Below, in pieces: positions 32,694 to 43,700 of a stretch of 54,052 nucleotides of DNA. Made by a program: the position numbers and the translations under genes. Source of the stretch: Pseudomonadota bacterium (GTDB taxonomy: Bacteria; Pseudomonadota; Gammaproteobacteria; Burkholderiales; Burkholderiaceae_C); the NCBI GenBank assembly GCA_041169105.1, contig JBEEJQ010000001.1:1-54052 (forward strand). The letters are read 5' to 3'. Numbering within the stretch: position 1 is the stretch's first letter; every line of letters begins with the position of its first letter. The notes under the pieces are model-generated. The model was not told where the DNA came from. It was given only the letters and a program-made list of their open reading frames with translations, and did no database searches.

Positions 32694-34070
32694 ATGCAAG
32701 TGATGAATGGGTGCACTGAACCCCAATGTTCCGAAAGGCTCAGCGCGATGACCGCAAGCGCTGCCCAGTCTTGGACTCAAGCGCTCCAGGCGCAGTGGCA
32801 ACAGCACCCGCTCAGCTTGCTGCTGGCCATGGCGCTGGGCCTGATCGCTGTGGTGATGTTGGTCTATGGCCTGCGCCAGACCCTTTTTTCGGTGCAACGC
32901 ATGTGGGGCACCCAGCGCTACCCCTACAAGGGCATCGTGCAGGCGCAGTGGCCCCAGGTGACCGTGTTCATCGCAGCGCACAACGAAGAAAAAGTCATCG
33001 CTGACAGCATGCGCGCCTTGCTGCAGACCGACTACCCGGCCGAGCGCATCCGCGTGGTGGTGGTCAATGACCGGTCCACCGACAAGACCGCGCAGATTGT
33101 GGACGCCCATGTGAAAGCGCATCCGGACCGCTTGGTGGCCTTTCACCGCAGCCACGGCAAGCCCGGCAAAGCGGCCGCGCTCAAGGACGCGATGCGCTAC
33201 GCCCAAGGCGACATCGCCCTGATTTTTGACGCCGACTACACGCCCTCTGCCGGTTTGGTGCGCCAGTTGATGGCCCCTTTTCTGGACCCGGAAGTCGGCG
33301 CTGTCATGGGCCGCGTGGTGCCGCGCAATGTGTCCAGCAATTTGCTCACCCGCATGCTCGACATGGAACGCGCTGCGGGCTACCAGGTCGATCAACAAGC
33401 CCGCATGAACCTGCGGGGCGTGCCCCAATACGGCGGCACCGTGGGCGGCGTGCGCCTGTCGGCCGTGCAAGCGGTGGGCGGTTGGCGCGACGATGCGCTG
33501 GCCGAAGACACCGACATCACCATCCGCTTGCTGATTGGCGGCTGGAAGACGGTCTACAACAACGAGGCTGCCTGCTACGAAGAAGTGCCCGAAGAGTGGT
33601 CGGTGCGGTTGCGCCAGGTGCACCGCTGGGCCAAAGGGCATGACCAGGTGCTGCTGCGCCACGCCCGGCAACTGCTGCTGAGCCGCCGCGCCAGCGCGCG
33701 CGAACGCCTGGATGGCCTGTTGCTGCTCAACATCTTTCTGATGCAACCCTTGCTGCTGCTGGGTTGGCTGATGGCCATGGCTTTGTACTACCTGCATGCG
33801 GCAGAGGTCCTGACCTTGTTCATTCCGGGTGCCGTGCTGGTGGTGTACAGCGCGGTGGGCGGCTTCTCGGCGTTTTTGCAAATGGCTTTTGCCCAGCTGA
33901 TCGACGGCCACCGACTGCGCATCCGGCTGCTGCCTTTGCAGTTGGTGAGTTTTGTGGCCATCACGCCGGCCATTACATCGGCACTGTGGGCCAGTGTCAG
34001 CGACCGCTTCACCCAGCGGGAACTGGTCTGGCACAAAACCAGCCGCTACAACAAACAGGTGTCGGCATGA
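32694..34070 (+). CDS. Processive GT2 glycosyltransferase (cellulose/PNAG-synthase-like)
   Basis: NDRSTD, GKAAAL, FDAD, LAEDTD, QVHRW (D,D,D,QxxRW); N- and C-terminal TM segments; start may be 32748. Confidence 0.88.
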   Translation: MQVMNGCTEPQCSERLSAMTASAAQSWTQALQAQWQQHPLSLLLAMALGLIAVVMLVYGLRQTLFSVQRMWGTQRYPYKGIVQAQWPQVTVFIAAHNEEKVIADSMRALLQTDYPAERIRVVVVNDRSTDKTAQIVDAHVKAHPDRLVAFHRSHGKPGKAAALKDAMRYAQGDIALIFDADYTPSAGLVRQLMAPFLDPEVGAVMGRVVPRNVSSNLLTRMLDMERAAGYQVDQQARMNLRGVPQYGGTVGGVRLSAVQAVGGWRDDALAEDTDITIRLLIGGWKTVYNNEAACYEEVPEEWSVRLRQVHRWAKGHDQVLLRHARQLLLSRRASARERLDGLLLLNIFLMQPLLLLGWLMAMALYYLHAAEVLTLFIPGAVLVVYSAVGGFSAFLQMAFAQLIDGHRLRIRLLPLQLVSFVAITPAITSALWASVSDRFTQRELVWHKTSRYNKQVSA

Positions 34071-34804
34071 GCAATGGACTGTGGACCTTGGCTTTTATCG
34101 TGCTCACTGCCGCGCTGCTGGCCCTGCCGTTTTTTCCGGCCTGGCGTGAATGGCGACACCCGCTGGATGCGCTGGCCCTGGCCATCCCGGACACCGCCGC
34201 TGACAGCGCACCGCCCCTGTCAGCGCAGGTGCGTTTGGCTGCGGGCCTGGCCACCCCGCCCGTGGTCAGCGCCAGCGCACGCATTCTGGCGCTGGCCGGC
34301 TGCCAGTTCCAGCAACTGAACGCCCCCACCATCTTGCTGGGCGTGGCCAAGCCCTGGCAGATCGCACCGCGCCACCCCGTGCAGCACTCCCTGCTGCAGC
34401 CTCCTGCCAACGCCGAGCGTTGGGGCACACAGGGCTGGCGCATCACGGGTGACTGCCTCATTCCGGACGCCCACCGGGTGCAGGGCACGCTGGTCGTGAT
34501 GGGCCGCCTGACGGTGGGCTCGGACTGCCTGATCGAGGGGGACATCAAGGCCCATGGCGACGTGCAGGTGGGCGCACGCAGCCAGATCAAGGGGGCACTG
34601 GTCAGCGAGCAGCGCATCACGCTGCACGAAGATGTGAGCCTGCAAGGCCCGGTGCTGTCCGAGACGGAAGTGACGCTGGATGTCGGCGTGGTCATTGGCA
34701 GCCTGGAGCAACCCAGCAGCCTGAGCGCAGCGCAGGTGCTGGCCCAGCCCGGCGCGGTGGTGCACGGCAGCGTGTGGGCGCACCAGTCAGGGCGTGTGGC
34801 GTGA
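34067..34804 (+). CDS. Membrane-anchored bactofilin/polymer-forming beta-helix-like protein
   Basis: N-terminal TM (LALPFFPAWREW) followed by repeated V/I-x-G-x-L/V-x beta-strand units; ATGA overlap with GT2. Confidence 0.6.
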   Translation: MSNGLWTLAFIVLTAALLALPFFPAWREWRHPLDALALAIPDTAADSAPPLSAQVRLAAGLATPPVVSASARILALAGCQFQQLNAPTILLGVAKPWQIAPRHPVQHSLLQPPANAERWGTQGWRITGDCLIPDAHRVQGTLVVMGRLTVGSDCLIEGDIKAHGDVQVGARSQIKGALVSEQRITLHEDVSLQGPVLSETEVTLDVGVVIGSLEQPSSLSAAQVLAQPGAVVHGSVWAHQSGRVA

Positions 34805-35772
34805 TGCACCCCACACGCCGACTGTGGCCTCTTATGCGCAGAGGTCTGAACCTGCTGACCGTGCTGGCCTTGGGCTGCGCGCTGAGCACACCCAGCGCCG
34901 CCCGCAAGCTGGACCTGTCGGGCTACACCGATGCCAGCGGGGCCATCACAGTGCAGCACCAAGGGGACACAGTCGATCCCTACTTTGCCTTGCAAGCGCT
35001 GTGGTTGGCACAGTCGCAAGGCCTGGACATTTCAGACCAGGCCCTGCCCTGGGCACGCTGGATGGCCCAGCACTACAGCGCCGCAGGGCACCTGGGGCGC
35101 TATTGCAAAACCGCCAGCGGCTGGATCTGGTGCAAAGCGCCCGATGCCGACGACGCCTCATTGGCTTTGTGGCTGGCCCTCTTGCGGCAACTGCCAGCCG
35201 CAGACCGGCAAGCGTTGGGGGCCAGCACACTGGAGGCACGGGCCCGGCAAGACCTGCAACAACTGCTGCTGCCCGAGCAAGGCGTGTACAAAGTGTCGCC
35301 TCACCTGGCCCACAGCTTGTTCATGGACAACCTGGAGATCTGGTCCACCCTGCCTGGCAAGCGCCTGGGCGAGCGCATCCACCGTGTTTTTTGGGATGCC
35401 GAGCGAAGCCTGTTTCGGGTCAGCACACAGGCCGATCACCCGCACCCGGGGCAGAGCTTTTACCCCGATGCGACCGCGCAGATTTACCCCTTGCTGGTGG
35501 GCTACCCCTGGGTGCCCGATGGGCCCGAACAACATTACCGGCGCTGGATGCAGCAGCACCGCAGCGCCTGGCTGCATCAAATCGGGCGCGAATTCCCCTG
35601 GGGGCTGATCGCCGTGGTGGCCTGGCAGCAAGGCGATGCACACACGGTGCGCTGCTGGCAAGCGCGCGCCCTGCCCTTTCGACACCGTTTTTTCTGGACC
35701 GTCACCGACGAGGTGGTGGCCCAGTTGCTTCCGCCCCTGACCCCACCCTCTCCCACACCCAAGGAATGCTGA
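34804..35772 (+). CDS. Exported hypothetical protein, possible glycoside hydrolase-like; paralog of 28729-29793
   Basis: Signal peptide; DPYF, PDADDAS, MDNLEIW, FYPDATAQIYP, FPWGL motifs; TGATG coupling. Confidence 0.6.
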   Translation: MHPTRRLWPLMRRGLNLLTVLALGCALSTPSAARKLDLSGYTDASGAITVQHQGDTVDPYFALQALWLAQSQGLDISDQALPWARWMAQHYSAAGHLGRYCKTASGWIWCKAPDADDASLALWLALLRQLPAADRQALGASTLEARARQDLQQLLLPEQGVYKVSPHLAHSLFMDNLEIWSTLPGKRLGERIHRVFWDAERSLFRVSTQADHPHPGQSFYPDATAQIYPLLVGYPWVPDGPEQHYRRWMQQHRSAWLHQIGREFPWGLIAVVAWQQGDAHTVRCWQARALPFRHRFFWTVTDEVVAQLLPPLTPPSPTPKEC

Positions 35773-36920
35773 TGACCACCTACCTGGCCTGCATGGGCAC
35801 ACGCCCTGAAATCATCAAGATGGCACCGATTTACCGCACCCTCAAGGCGCGGGGCGAAAACGTCCAGGTCTTGCACACCGGACAGCACGAAGACATGGCG
35901 CAAGCCCTGTACACATTTTTTGACATGGACCCGGACTACCAGATCCAGCTCAAGCGCCAGCTGCCCAGCCTGTCCAACCTGACGGCCGAACTGCTGCAAG
36001 GCATTGACCGCGTGATCGACGACGTCAAGCCCGATGTGGTGCTGGTGCAAGGCGACACCGCCAGCGCTTTTGTGGGCGCGATGGCCGGCTACTACCGCGA
36101 TGTGCCGGTGGCCCACATCGAAGCGGGTTTGCGCACCGGCCAGCACGACCCGTTTCCCGAAGAGAAAAACCGCGAAATGATCGGGCGGCTGGCCAACTGG
36201 CACTTTCCGCCCACCCCTCAAGCGGCCAACAACCTGCGGCGCGAGGGCATCGGCGCGCAACACATCCATGAAGTCGGCAACACCGTGATCGATGCCGCGC
36301 TGTGGGTCAAAACCCAGATGACCCGCCGCGATGCGCCCCAGGCGCTGCCCGAGGATGTGGCGCAATTTCTGCAAGACCATGGCGACCAGCGCCTGATGCT
36401 GGTGACCGCGCACCGGCGCGAAAACTGGGGCCAACCGATCCAGCTGATTGCCGCGGCCGTGGGCGTCTTGCTCAAGCTGCACCCGGACCTGGTGGCCGTC
36501 TGGCCCATGCACCCCAACCCCAGTGTGCGGGCCGACATCCAGCGCGTGATCGAGCGCCTGCCTGCCGAATGCAGAACCCAGCTGTGCCTGACCGAACCGC
36601 TGGAATACCCCGCCCTGATCAGCTTGCTGGCGCGCAGCCATTTTTGCCTGACGGACTCTGGCGGCATTCAGGAAGAAGCCTCGGCTTTCAAGTGCCCCGT
36701 GCTGATCACCCGCGACAGCACCGAGCGGCAAGAGCTGGTCGATGCGGGCGGTGCCCTGCTGGTGGGCACTGACCCGCACCGCATCGTGGAGGCCGCCACC
36801 CATTTGCTCAACGACCCCTGGGTCTACCGCGCCATGCAGGTGCAACAAAGCCCCTTTGGCGACGGCCACGCCGCGCAGCGCATCGCCGATGTCTTGACCC
36901 ACAGCCTGTCCACACACTGA
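35772..36920 (+). CDS. wecB: Non-hydrolysing UDP-N-acetylglucosamine 2-epimerase
   Basis: GTRPEIIKMAP, TGQH, LVQGDT, HIEAGLRT, PFPEE, TAHRREN, TDSGGIQEEA, PFGDG. Confidence 0.93.
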   Translation: MTTYLACMGTRPEIIKMAPIYRTLKARGENVQVLHTGQHEDMAQALYTFFDMDPDYQIQLKRQLPSLSNLTAELLQGIDRVIDDVKPDVVLVQGDTASAFVGAMAGYYRDVPVAHIEAGLRTGQHDPFPEEKNREMIGRLANWHFPPTPQAANNLRREGIGAQHIHEVGNTVIDAALWVKTQMTRRDAPQALPEDVAQFLQDHGDQRLMLVTAHRRENWGQPIQLIAAAVGVLLKLHPDLVAVWPMHPNPSVRADIQRVIERLPAECRTQLCLTEPLEYPALISLLARSHFCLTDSGGIQEEASAFKCPVLITRDSTERQELVDAGGALLVGTDPHRIVEAATHLLNDPWVYRAMQVQQSPFGDGHAAQRIADVLTHSLSTH

Positions 36921-36928
36921 AAGTCCTC

Positions 36929-37747
36929 ATGAAAACCTCTCTCTTGTCGGCCGCTGGCCTGGGCCTGTTGATCAGCAGTTGTTTCAGCCCCCATGCCGCC
37001 GCACAAACCCAGACCACCGACTTGCCCAACACCTTGCTGGGCTGGCGCGGCGTCGAGCTGTACAGCGCCCACCACCAGCTGAGCGCCGGTTACGGCGATT
37101 GGCGCGAGGTGGGCGCACGGGGCATCTGTGAAACGGGCGCACACCAAATCGCCGCCGAAGTGGCCACCATGAACCGCTTCAACCAGGACGCCAATTACCT
37201 CGGTGTGGGGGACACCGTGGTGCTCGATCCGCTGTGGTACGCCTCACTGGCGGTGGGCGCTGGGGACGGTGCGACCTATTTGCCGCGTTACCGCGCCGAT
37301 GCTTTTCTGCACCGCAAATTGTTGCCCGCACGCAATCTGGTGGCCAGTCTGGGGATGGGCCATTTCAAATCGCCTGATGGACACCGGGACGACAACATCA
37401 GCCTGGGCGGAACGCTGTACCTGGAACAGCCTTGGGTCTTGCAAGGCGAGATGCGGCACACCCACAGCAACCCCGGGCAAGTGGGCACCGCCCAGTATTT
37501 CGTGGCCGCCACCTGGGGCCACCACAAACAAACGCTGGTGACGGGCCGCTATGGCTGGGGCGAAGAGGGTTACCAATCGCTGGGCAGCCTCGGGGCCATC
37601 GCCCGGTTTTCCAGCCACCAGAGCACACTGACGGTGCAGCACTGGATGGGCAGCGACTGGGGCATCAAGGCCAGTGCCGACAACTACAAAAACCCCTACT
37701 ACCGCCGCGAAGGTCTGGTGCTGTCGGTGTTCAAGGACTGGCCATGA
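36929..37747 (+). CDS. YaiO-family outer-membrane beta-barrel protein
   Basis: Signal peptide, alternating amphipathic beta-strands, YLPRYRAD, aromatic C-terminus; context beside GT2 and wecB. Confidence 0.68.
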   Translation: MKTSLLSAAGLGLLISSCFSPHAAAQTQTTDLPNTLLGWRGVELYSAHHQLSAGYGDWREVGARGICETGAHQIAAEVATMNRFNQDANYLGVGDTVVLDPLWYASLAVGAGDGATYLPRYRADAFLHRKLLPARNLVASLGMGHFKSPDGHRDDNISLGGTLYLEQPWVLQGEMRHTHSNPGQVGTAQYFVAATWGHHKQTLVTGRYGWGEEGYQSLGSLGAIARFSSHQSTLTVQHWMGSDWGIKASADNYKNPYYRREGLVLSVFKDWP

Positions 37748-38547
37748 GCGCGCACACCTCCGCCTCGCACACCTCCGCCTCGCACACCTCCGCCTCGCGA
37801 ACCTTGCGCCGGGCGCGCACAGCCTCAGCCACGCACACAGGTGGCCTGTGGCGCATGGCACTGCAATGGCTGCTCCTGTCCGCATGGCCACTGGCTTTGC
37901 TGTGGTCGCTCAAGCCTTGGCTGATGGTTTTTTGGCAAACGGTCTTCAGCCTGTGGTCTCGCCCGCTGGGCTTGTCGCTCACGACCCGTCTGAGTCCAGA
38001 CGGTCAAAGCATCCAATGGTCGGCCTGGGGTGACGCGGCGTTTGCGCCCTCAAGCCAGCAACTGATCCTGCATGTGATCGGCGTGGCCGCCCTCTGGCTG
38101 ATCAGCGGTTTCTTCAGCGACCGGTGGACACCGCTGAAAACCACCTTGCGGGCACTGGGCCTGATCCACCTGTCGGCCTGCCTGTTCTTTCTGTGGGCCC
38201 CGGCAAGCTTTCCGTACAGCATCAGCAAACACCTGCAGGCGCTGATGGACATGGGCCTGGGCTTCATGTGGGCCATCCCGCCCATGTTGGCCTTGGGCTG
38301 GGGGCTGCTGAAGGTGCAGCTCTCCCAAAAGCTGCTCGTGCCCTGCGTGGTGCTGGCCTACTTCGCCGTGATGCTGCCGCACCAATGGCTGTTGCACGCC
38401 TGGTTGCTGGAGCACTTGTCGATCCTGTTCATGCCGGTGCTGTTTCTGTGCATGGGCACCTTGCTGGACCTGTGGATCATCGTGGCCATTTACGCCTGGC
38501 TGGCCAGCACGGTGCCTGTCCCTCCCCGTTCCATGCGGAGGGCCTGA
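37744..38547 (+). CDS. Integral membrane hypothetical protein
   Basis: About six hydrophobic segments; ATGA overlap with the upstream gene. Confidence 0.7.
   Translation: MSAHTSASHTSASHTSASRTLRRARTASATHTGGLWRMALQWLLLSAWPLALLWSLKPWLMVFWQTVFSLWSRPLGLSLTTRLSPDGQSIQWSAWGDAAFAPSSQQLILHVIGVAALWLISGFFSDRWTPLKTTLRALGLIHLSACLFFLWAPASFPYSISKHLQALMDMGLGFMWAIPPMLALGWGLLKVQLSQKLLVPCVVLAYFAVMLPHQWLLHAWLLEHLSILFMPVLFLCMGTLLDLWIIVAIYAWLASTVPVPPRSMRRA
37751..37798 (+). repeat. 15-bp tandem repeat (CGCACACCTCCGCCT) x3 encoding HTSAS units
   Basis: Three perfect copies 37751-37795 plus a partial copy. Confidence 0.9.
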
Positions 38548-38550
38548 GCC

Positions 38551-40410
38551 ATGTTGAATCGCCTGATGTCTCGCCACGGTTGGCGCTGGCTTGCTGGCTT
38601 GGCCCTGCTGGCCGGTCTGTTGTTCTGGGGCGTGCGGGCATTCCAGTGGCTCAGTCCCGCCCCCGCACGCAGCCATGGCATCGTGCTGCTGATTCCCGAT
38701 GCCCGGGCACAGGACCTGCCCATCACACGCGCCTGGCTGGCGGCGGCGCAAGAAGAAGGCCTGGACGTCACGCCCATGCTGGCCGACGATTTCATCCGGG
38801 CCCAGGCCAACCGCACGCCGATGGCGGGTGTGCTCCTGCCGGACTCGGTGCACCGACGCGCGTCCGACCTGCTGGTCAACACCTTGTCGCAGTACGTGGC
38901 CGAGGGCGGGCCCTTGATGGTGAGCTTCGATGCCGCCTTGTTCCAGCAACAGCAAGACAGCTACGCCGACACGGCCTCGCGGCTGTCGCCGCTGGTGGGC
39001 TTGCGCTATGGCCTGTATGCACAGTGGCAAGACCAGACCATCGCCCACAGCCCGGTGCAGGCCAGCCGCGAGGCCGAAAAATTGCTGCACATCCAGCCAG
39101 GCAAGCTCGACTTTGGCGAGGACGCCGCACAGGACTGGGGCGAGTTGACGACCTACGCTTACCCGCACCTGGTCTACAGCCACTACCGGACCGAAGCGCT
39201 GTCCCCGGTGCAGACCCTGCTGCGCGCCAACGATGGCGAACCGGTGGTCAGCACCCACCGCCACGGCCGAGGTCAGGTGCTGTTTGCCAACTTGCCACTG
39301 GGCTACCTCAAGACCCGCACCGACAGTTACCTGCTGCACCGCTTGCTGGTGTTTTTTGCGCAAGACATGGTGGGCCAGCCCCGCCTGTCGGCCACGCCGC
39401 AAGCGCAAGGCGGGGTGGTGCTCAACCTGCATGTGGACTCCAATGCGTCCCAGGGGCCGCTGCAGGCGCTGGAGACATCCGGCTGGTTTGACGATGGTCC
39501 CTTTTCCATCCATGTGACCGCCGGCCCCGATGCGTTTCGGCTGGGCGATGGCCTGGGTCTGAACCTGCCGCACAACCCCTGGATGCAGGCCTTCTTGAAA
39601 CGCCAGCACGACAAGGGCCATGAGATCGGCAACCACGGCGGTTGGATCCACAATGTGTACGGTGACCTAGCCAACGAAGGCAATGCACCTGCGTTTGAAC
39701 CCTACCTCGCGCAAAACAACGCCAGCGTGAGCGCGGCCATTGGCGCAGGCGTCAAGGCCTATTCGGCCCCCATGGGCAACCAACCCACGTGGGCCACCGC
39801 CTGGCTCGTCCAGCAAGGCTTCAAGGGCTATTACGCCGCCTCGGACAGCGGCTTGGGCCCGACACGCTCGTTCATCCACGAGCGGCCTGCCCCGGTTTCC
39901 GGTCTGTGGACATTTCCGATCTCCAACTTCCAGCGCATTGCCACCTTCGACGAACTCGAAGAACACGGCATGGCAGAGACCCATATCTCCGACTTCCTGG
40001 GCCAGCTGCTCAGGCATGTGAGCGAGCAGCACATCGCCCGCCTGTTTTATTTTCACCCGTCGGCCACCACACACTTTCAGAGCACGCTGCGGGCCATCCA
40101 GCGCCAGGTGCAAGGGCTCAAGGCGAACGCACAGTTTCGCTGGTACAGCATGGCCGAGCTGTCGGATTTCATGAACCGGCGACAAGGCGTGCAATGGCAC
40201 ATCCACAGCCTGAAGGCCCCAGGCCAGTTCGAGATGGCGGTGAGCAGCGCTTCATCGCTGCAAGACATGACCTGGGTCTTTCCGGCCCACAGCGCCCAGG
40301 ACATCCAGATCACCGAAGGCCAGGGAACGCTGCGCCCAAGCGGTCAGGAATGGCTGCTGGTGGCCGGTGACAGCCAAGTGCTCAAGGTGCAGTGGCGCCG
40401 ACAACCGTGA
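38551..40410 (+). CDS. Polysaccharide deacetylase (NodB-like) family protein, membrane-anchored/exported
   Basis: N-terminal TM; NLHVDS, GHEIGNHGGWIH, LFYFHP; GGAGG RBS. Confidence 0.75.
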   Translation: MLNRLMSRHGWRWLAGLALLAGLLFWGVRAFQWLSPAPARSHGIVLLIPDARAQDLPITRAWLAAAQEEGLDVTPMLADDFIRAQANRTPMAGVLLPDSVHRRASDLLVNTLSQYVAEGGPLMVSFDAALFQQQQDSYADTASRLSPLVGLRYGLYAQWQDQTIAHSPVQASREAEKLLHIQPGKLDFGEDAAQDWGELTTYAYPHLVYSHYRTEALSPVQTLLRANDGEPVVSTHRHGRGQVLFANLPLGYLKTRTDSYLLHRLLVFFAQDMVGQPRLSATPQAQGGVVLNLHVDSNASQGPLQALETSGWFDDGPFSIHVTAGPDAFRLGDGLGLNLPHNPWMQAFLKRQHDKGHEIGNHGGWIHNVYGDLANEGNAPAFEPYLAQNNASVSAAIGAGVKAYSAPMGNQPTWATAWLVQQGFKGYYAASDSGLGPTRSFIHERPAPVSGLWTFPISNFQRIATFDELEEHGMAETHISDFLGQLLRHVSEQHIARLFYFHPSATTHFQSTLRAIQRQVQGLKANAQFRWYSMAELSDFMNRRQGVQWHIHSLKAPGQFEMAVSSASSLQDMTWVFPAHSAQDIQITEGQGTLRPSGQEWLLVAGDSQVLKVQWRRQP

Positions 40411-40429
40411 CCCCCGACAGGAGCCCTAT

Positions 40430-40663
40430 ATGACCGACACACACCCCAATCAGGACGCCAGCGTGGCCACGCATGCTGTGGAAAGAGACTTTCGCATCGT
40501 CAGCGCACACCTGAAAAAAGCCCACCAATCGAACGAACTGGCCACCCGCCTGCAACAAAAAGGCTTTGTCCAGGACGCCCAACAACAAAGCCAATTGACC
40601 AAGGTGTTCATCAGCAACGCCCTGCACCATGTGAGCTTGCGCTGCAAAGGCAAGGACGTTTGA
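40430..40663 (+). CDS. Small hypothetical protein (77 aa)
   Basis: AGGAG RBS, ATG, directly after the deacetylase; no recognised motif. Confidence 0.45.
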   Translation: MTDTHPNQDASVATHAVERDFRIVSAHLKKAHQSNELATRLQQKGFVQDAQQQSQLTKVFISNALHHVSLRCKGKDV

Positions 40664-40742
40664 AGCCTGCTCACAGTCATCGATCTGATGTGCTTGTGGT
40701 GACGGGTGTGCGGCTTATTCAGCCGCTCAGAAATGATCTCGC

Positions 40743-43700
40743 TCAATCAAGCGAACCGTTCTTTGAACGAAACCGCGAATACACCTCTTTCGAAATCCAG
40801 TCCGTCACCAGGTTCTGGAAGCTCTTCTCGTTCATGAACCGCGCAAAGATATCTTCGTTTTGCTCCATGCGCTCAATGAACAAGGTTTGCAGCAGGCTTG
40901 AAAAAAGCAGCGAGAACTTTTCTTCTGGATTGGCTGCAGCGGCTTCGCCCAAAGACGCGTCGCCAATCGCTGCTTCGATGATCTGGTCAAAAAACAACTG
41001 ATCTGCGTCGGTGAAGTCGGTGCCAAAACGATCATTCAGCGAGTCGATCAAGCGCGACAAAGGCGTTTCTTCCTCGCGCTGCAAACCTGAACCCACATCG
41101 CGCGGACCATCCAGTGGGTTGCCTTTGCCATCGCGCAGGCTGATGGAACCCTCACTGATTTTTTGCAGTCGGTAGTACTCCAGCCGAACTTCATCATCAA
41201 AGTCATAGCGTGGGCCGCTCTCGCGTCGAGGCAGCTTGGTGGATAGAAAACGAAGGTAGGTGTAGAGCCGCTCCAAATCAGAGTCTTGATACGGTATGAC
41301 TTGCGACAAAAATGCGTACAAATTGCGAAAAGCCTGCAGCTTGCCACGCCAAAGCTCTGCCGCCTCTTCTTCTGTTCGCTGCAGATCGCGGAAACGATCA
41401 ACAGCCATGTCCAGCGCCGCATTCATAGCTTGGTGGTCTGCGGGGCTCTGTCGTTGGCGGGGTTTGAAGTACACCGCAATAAAACGCTCAACCTCGTCGT
41501 GTGTGTAAATGCCACTTGCGTCAAGTTCTGCCTTAATGGAGTACATCTGATTCGGGTCAGCCTCTTCGCCCATTTCTGCGCCGTCAAAATAGTCTTTGAA
41601 TGCTTGGCGAATTTCCTCCCGGTCATTCACAAAATCCAACACGAAAGTGTCTTCCTTCAAAGGGTGCATGCGGTTCAAGCGCGACAGTGTTTGCACCGCT
41701 TGTATGCCCGCCAGTCGCTTGTCCACATACATGGTGTGCAACAGCGGCTGGTCAAAACCTGTCTGGTACTTCTCGGCTACCAGTAACACTTGGTAGTCTG
41801 GCCCGCCAAACGCTTCTGGTAATTCGGTTTCCTTCATACCGCCGTTCATGGCGGACTCGGTATAAAGCTTGTCGGGCACCAATTCGTCTTGCACCTGGCC
41901 AGAAAAAGCCACCAGCGTCTTGATCCAGCCATACCCCTTTTCTCGGATGTAGGCATCAAACGCCAGCTTGTAGCGAACAGCCTCTAGGCGTGAGCCTGTC
42001 ACCACCATCGCCTTGGCTTTGCCGCCCAGTTTGTGATGAGTCACAGCGTTGAAGTGCTCCACCATCACCTCTGTCTTTTGGGCAATGTTGTACGGGTGCA
42101 GTCGCATGAAGCGCGCCAGCGCCTTGGCCGCTTGTTTGCGCTCGACGTTGGGGTCGGTCTCGCTGGCGTGCACCAATTTGTAATAAGTGGCGTAGGTGGT
42201 GTAGTGAGCCAACACATCCATGATGAAGCCCTCTTCAATGGCTTGCCGCATGGTGTAGCGGTGAAATGCGTGCCCCGTGCCGCTGGCTGTGCCATCGGCC
42301 CCGCGACCAAACACAGCCAGTGTTTTGTGCTTTGGCGTGGCGGTGAACGCGTAAAAGCTGATGTTGGCCTGCCGCCCACGCTTGGCCATGCTGCGGTACA
42401 GCTCGTCTAGATCCTTGGTGCCCTCTTCTGCGGCGTAGCGAGCAGCCTCTTCACGCAAAACATTCCCACCCAAAACTTCTTTCAGGTCTGTTGCTGTTTC
42501 GCCCGACTGCGAACTGTGCGCCTCGTCAATGATGACGGCGCAGCGCCGCGTGGGCAGCACGCCCTCGCCACCTTCACCCCGCTCTTCGGCCATCTTGAGT
42601 AACTGGCGTGTGACGAAAGGGAACTTTTGCAGCGTAGAAATGATGATGGGCACGCCTGTTGTCAGCGCCTCGGCCAGCTGGCGTGAATCCTCGTCAATTT
42701 TTTGCACCACGCCTTGGCGGTGCTCAAACTGATAGATCGTGTCTTGCAGCTGCTTATCCAGCACGCGGCGGTCGGTGATGACGATCACCGAATCAAACAC
42801 CTTGTGGTCTGACGCATCGTGCAGCGACGCCAAGCGATGCGCCAACCAGCCGATGGTGTTGCTCTTGCCACTGCCAGCCGAATGCTCGACCAAGTAGTTA
42901 TGGCCTGGGCCTTCTTGCTTGGCTGCGGCCTCCAACGCACGCACCGCTTGCAGCTGGTGGTAGCGCGGAAAAATCATGGTCTCTTTGCGGATCTTGCGGC
43001 CGTCTTCTGTGCGACGCTCTTCCTCTTGCAAATGCATAAAGCGGGCGAGGATGTCCAGCAAGCTGTCGCGCTGCCAAACCTCTTCCCACAAATAGGCTGT
43101 GCGGTAGGCTCGGCCATGCGGGTCGGGCGGGTTGCCTGCACCACCATCGTGCCCTTGGTTAAACGGCAAAAAGTGCGTGGCGCTGCCCGCCAACCGCGTG
43201 GTCATGAACACCTCTTCGGTGTCTACTGCAAAGTGCACCAGCGCTCGGCGCTTGAACTCAAACAGCGGCTCGCGGTGGTCGCGATCTTGCTGATACTGCG
43301 CAATGGCGTGGCGCACCGTCTGCCCAGTCATGGCGTTTTTCAGCTCAGCGGTGACGACAGGGATGCCGTTGACCGATAAAACCAAATCCAACTCATTGGT
43401 GTTGCGTTGGCTGTAACGCAGCTGACGTGTCACGCCCATGCGGTTAGCTGCGTACTGAGCAGCCAGCTCGGGGTTCATGCCGTGCGCAGGCTTGAAGAAC
43501 GCCACGCGCAGTGTGCGGCCATGGCACTTGAAACCATTGCGCAGCACAGCCAGTGTGCCGTGGTGGTCTAACCAGTGCGTGAGGTCTTTGAGAATCTGGG
43601 TTTCGGTTTGGGCACCGTTCAAAGATTCCAAACGCGCCCATTCTTTGGGTTGGGTAGCGCGAATGAAGGTGAGAGCTTCTTGTGGAAAAAAGTTATTGGA

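Noticed and set aside
32682-39651. Long minus-strand ORFs (450, 446 and 533 aa) and the 708-aa extension of wecB
   Set aside because: Antisense or alternate-frame shadows of the coupled plus-strand operon
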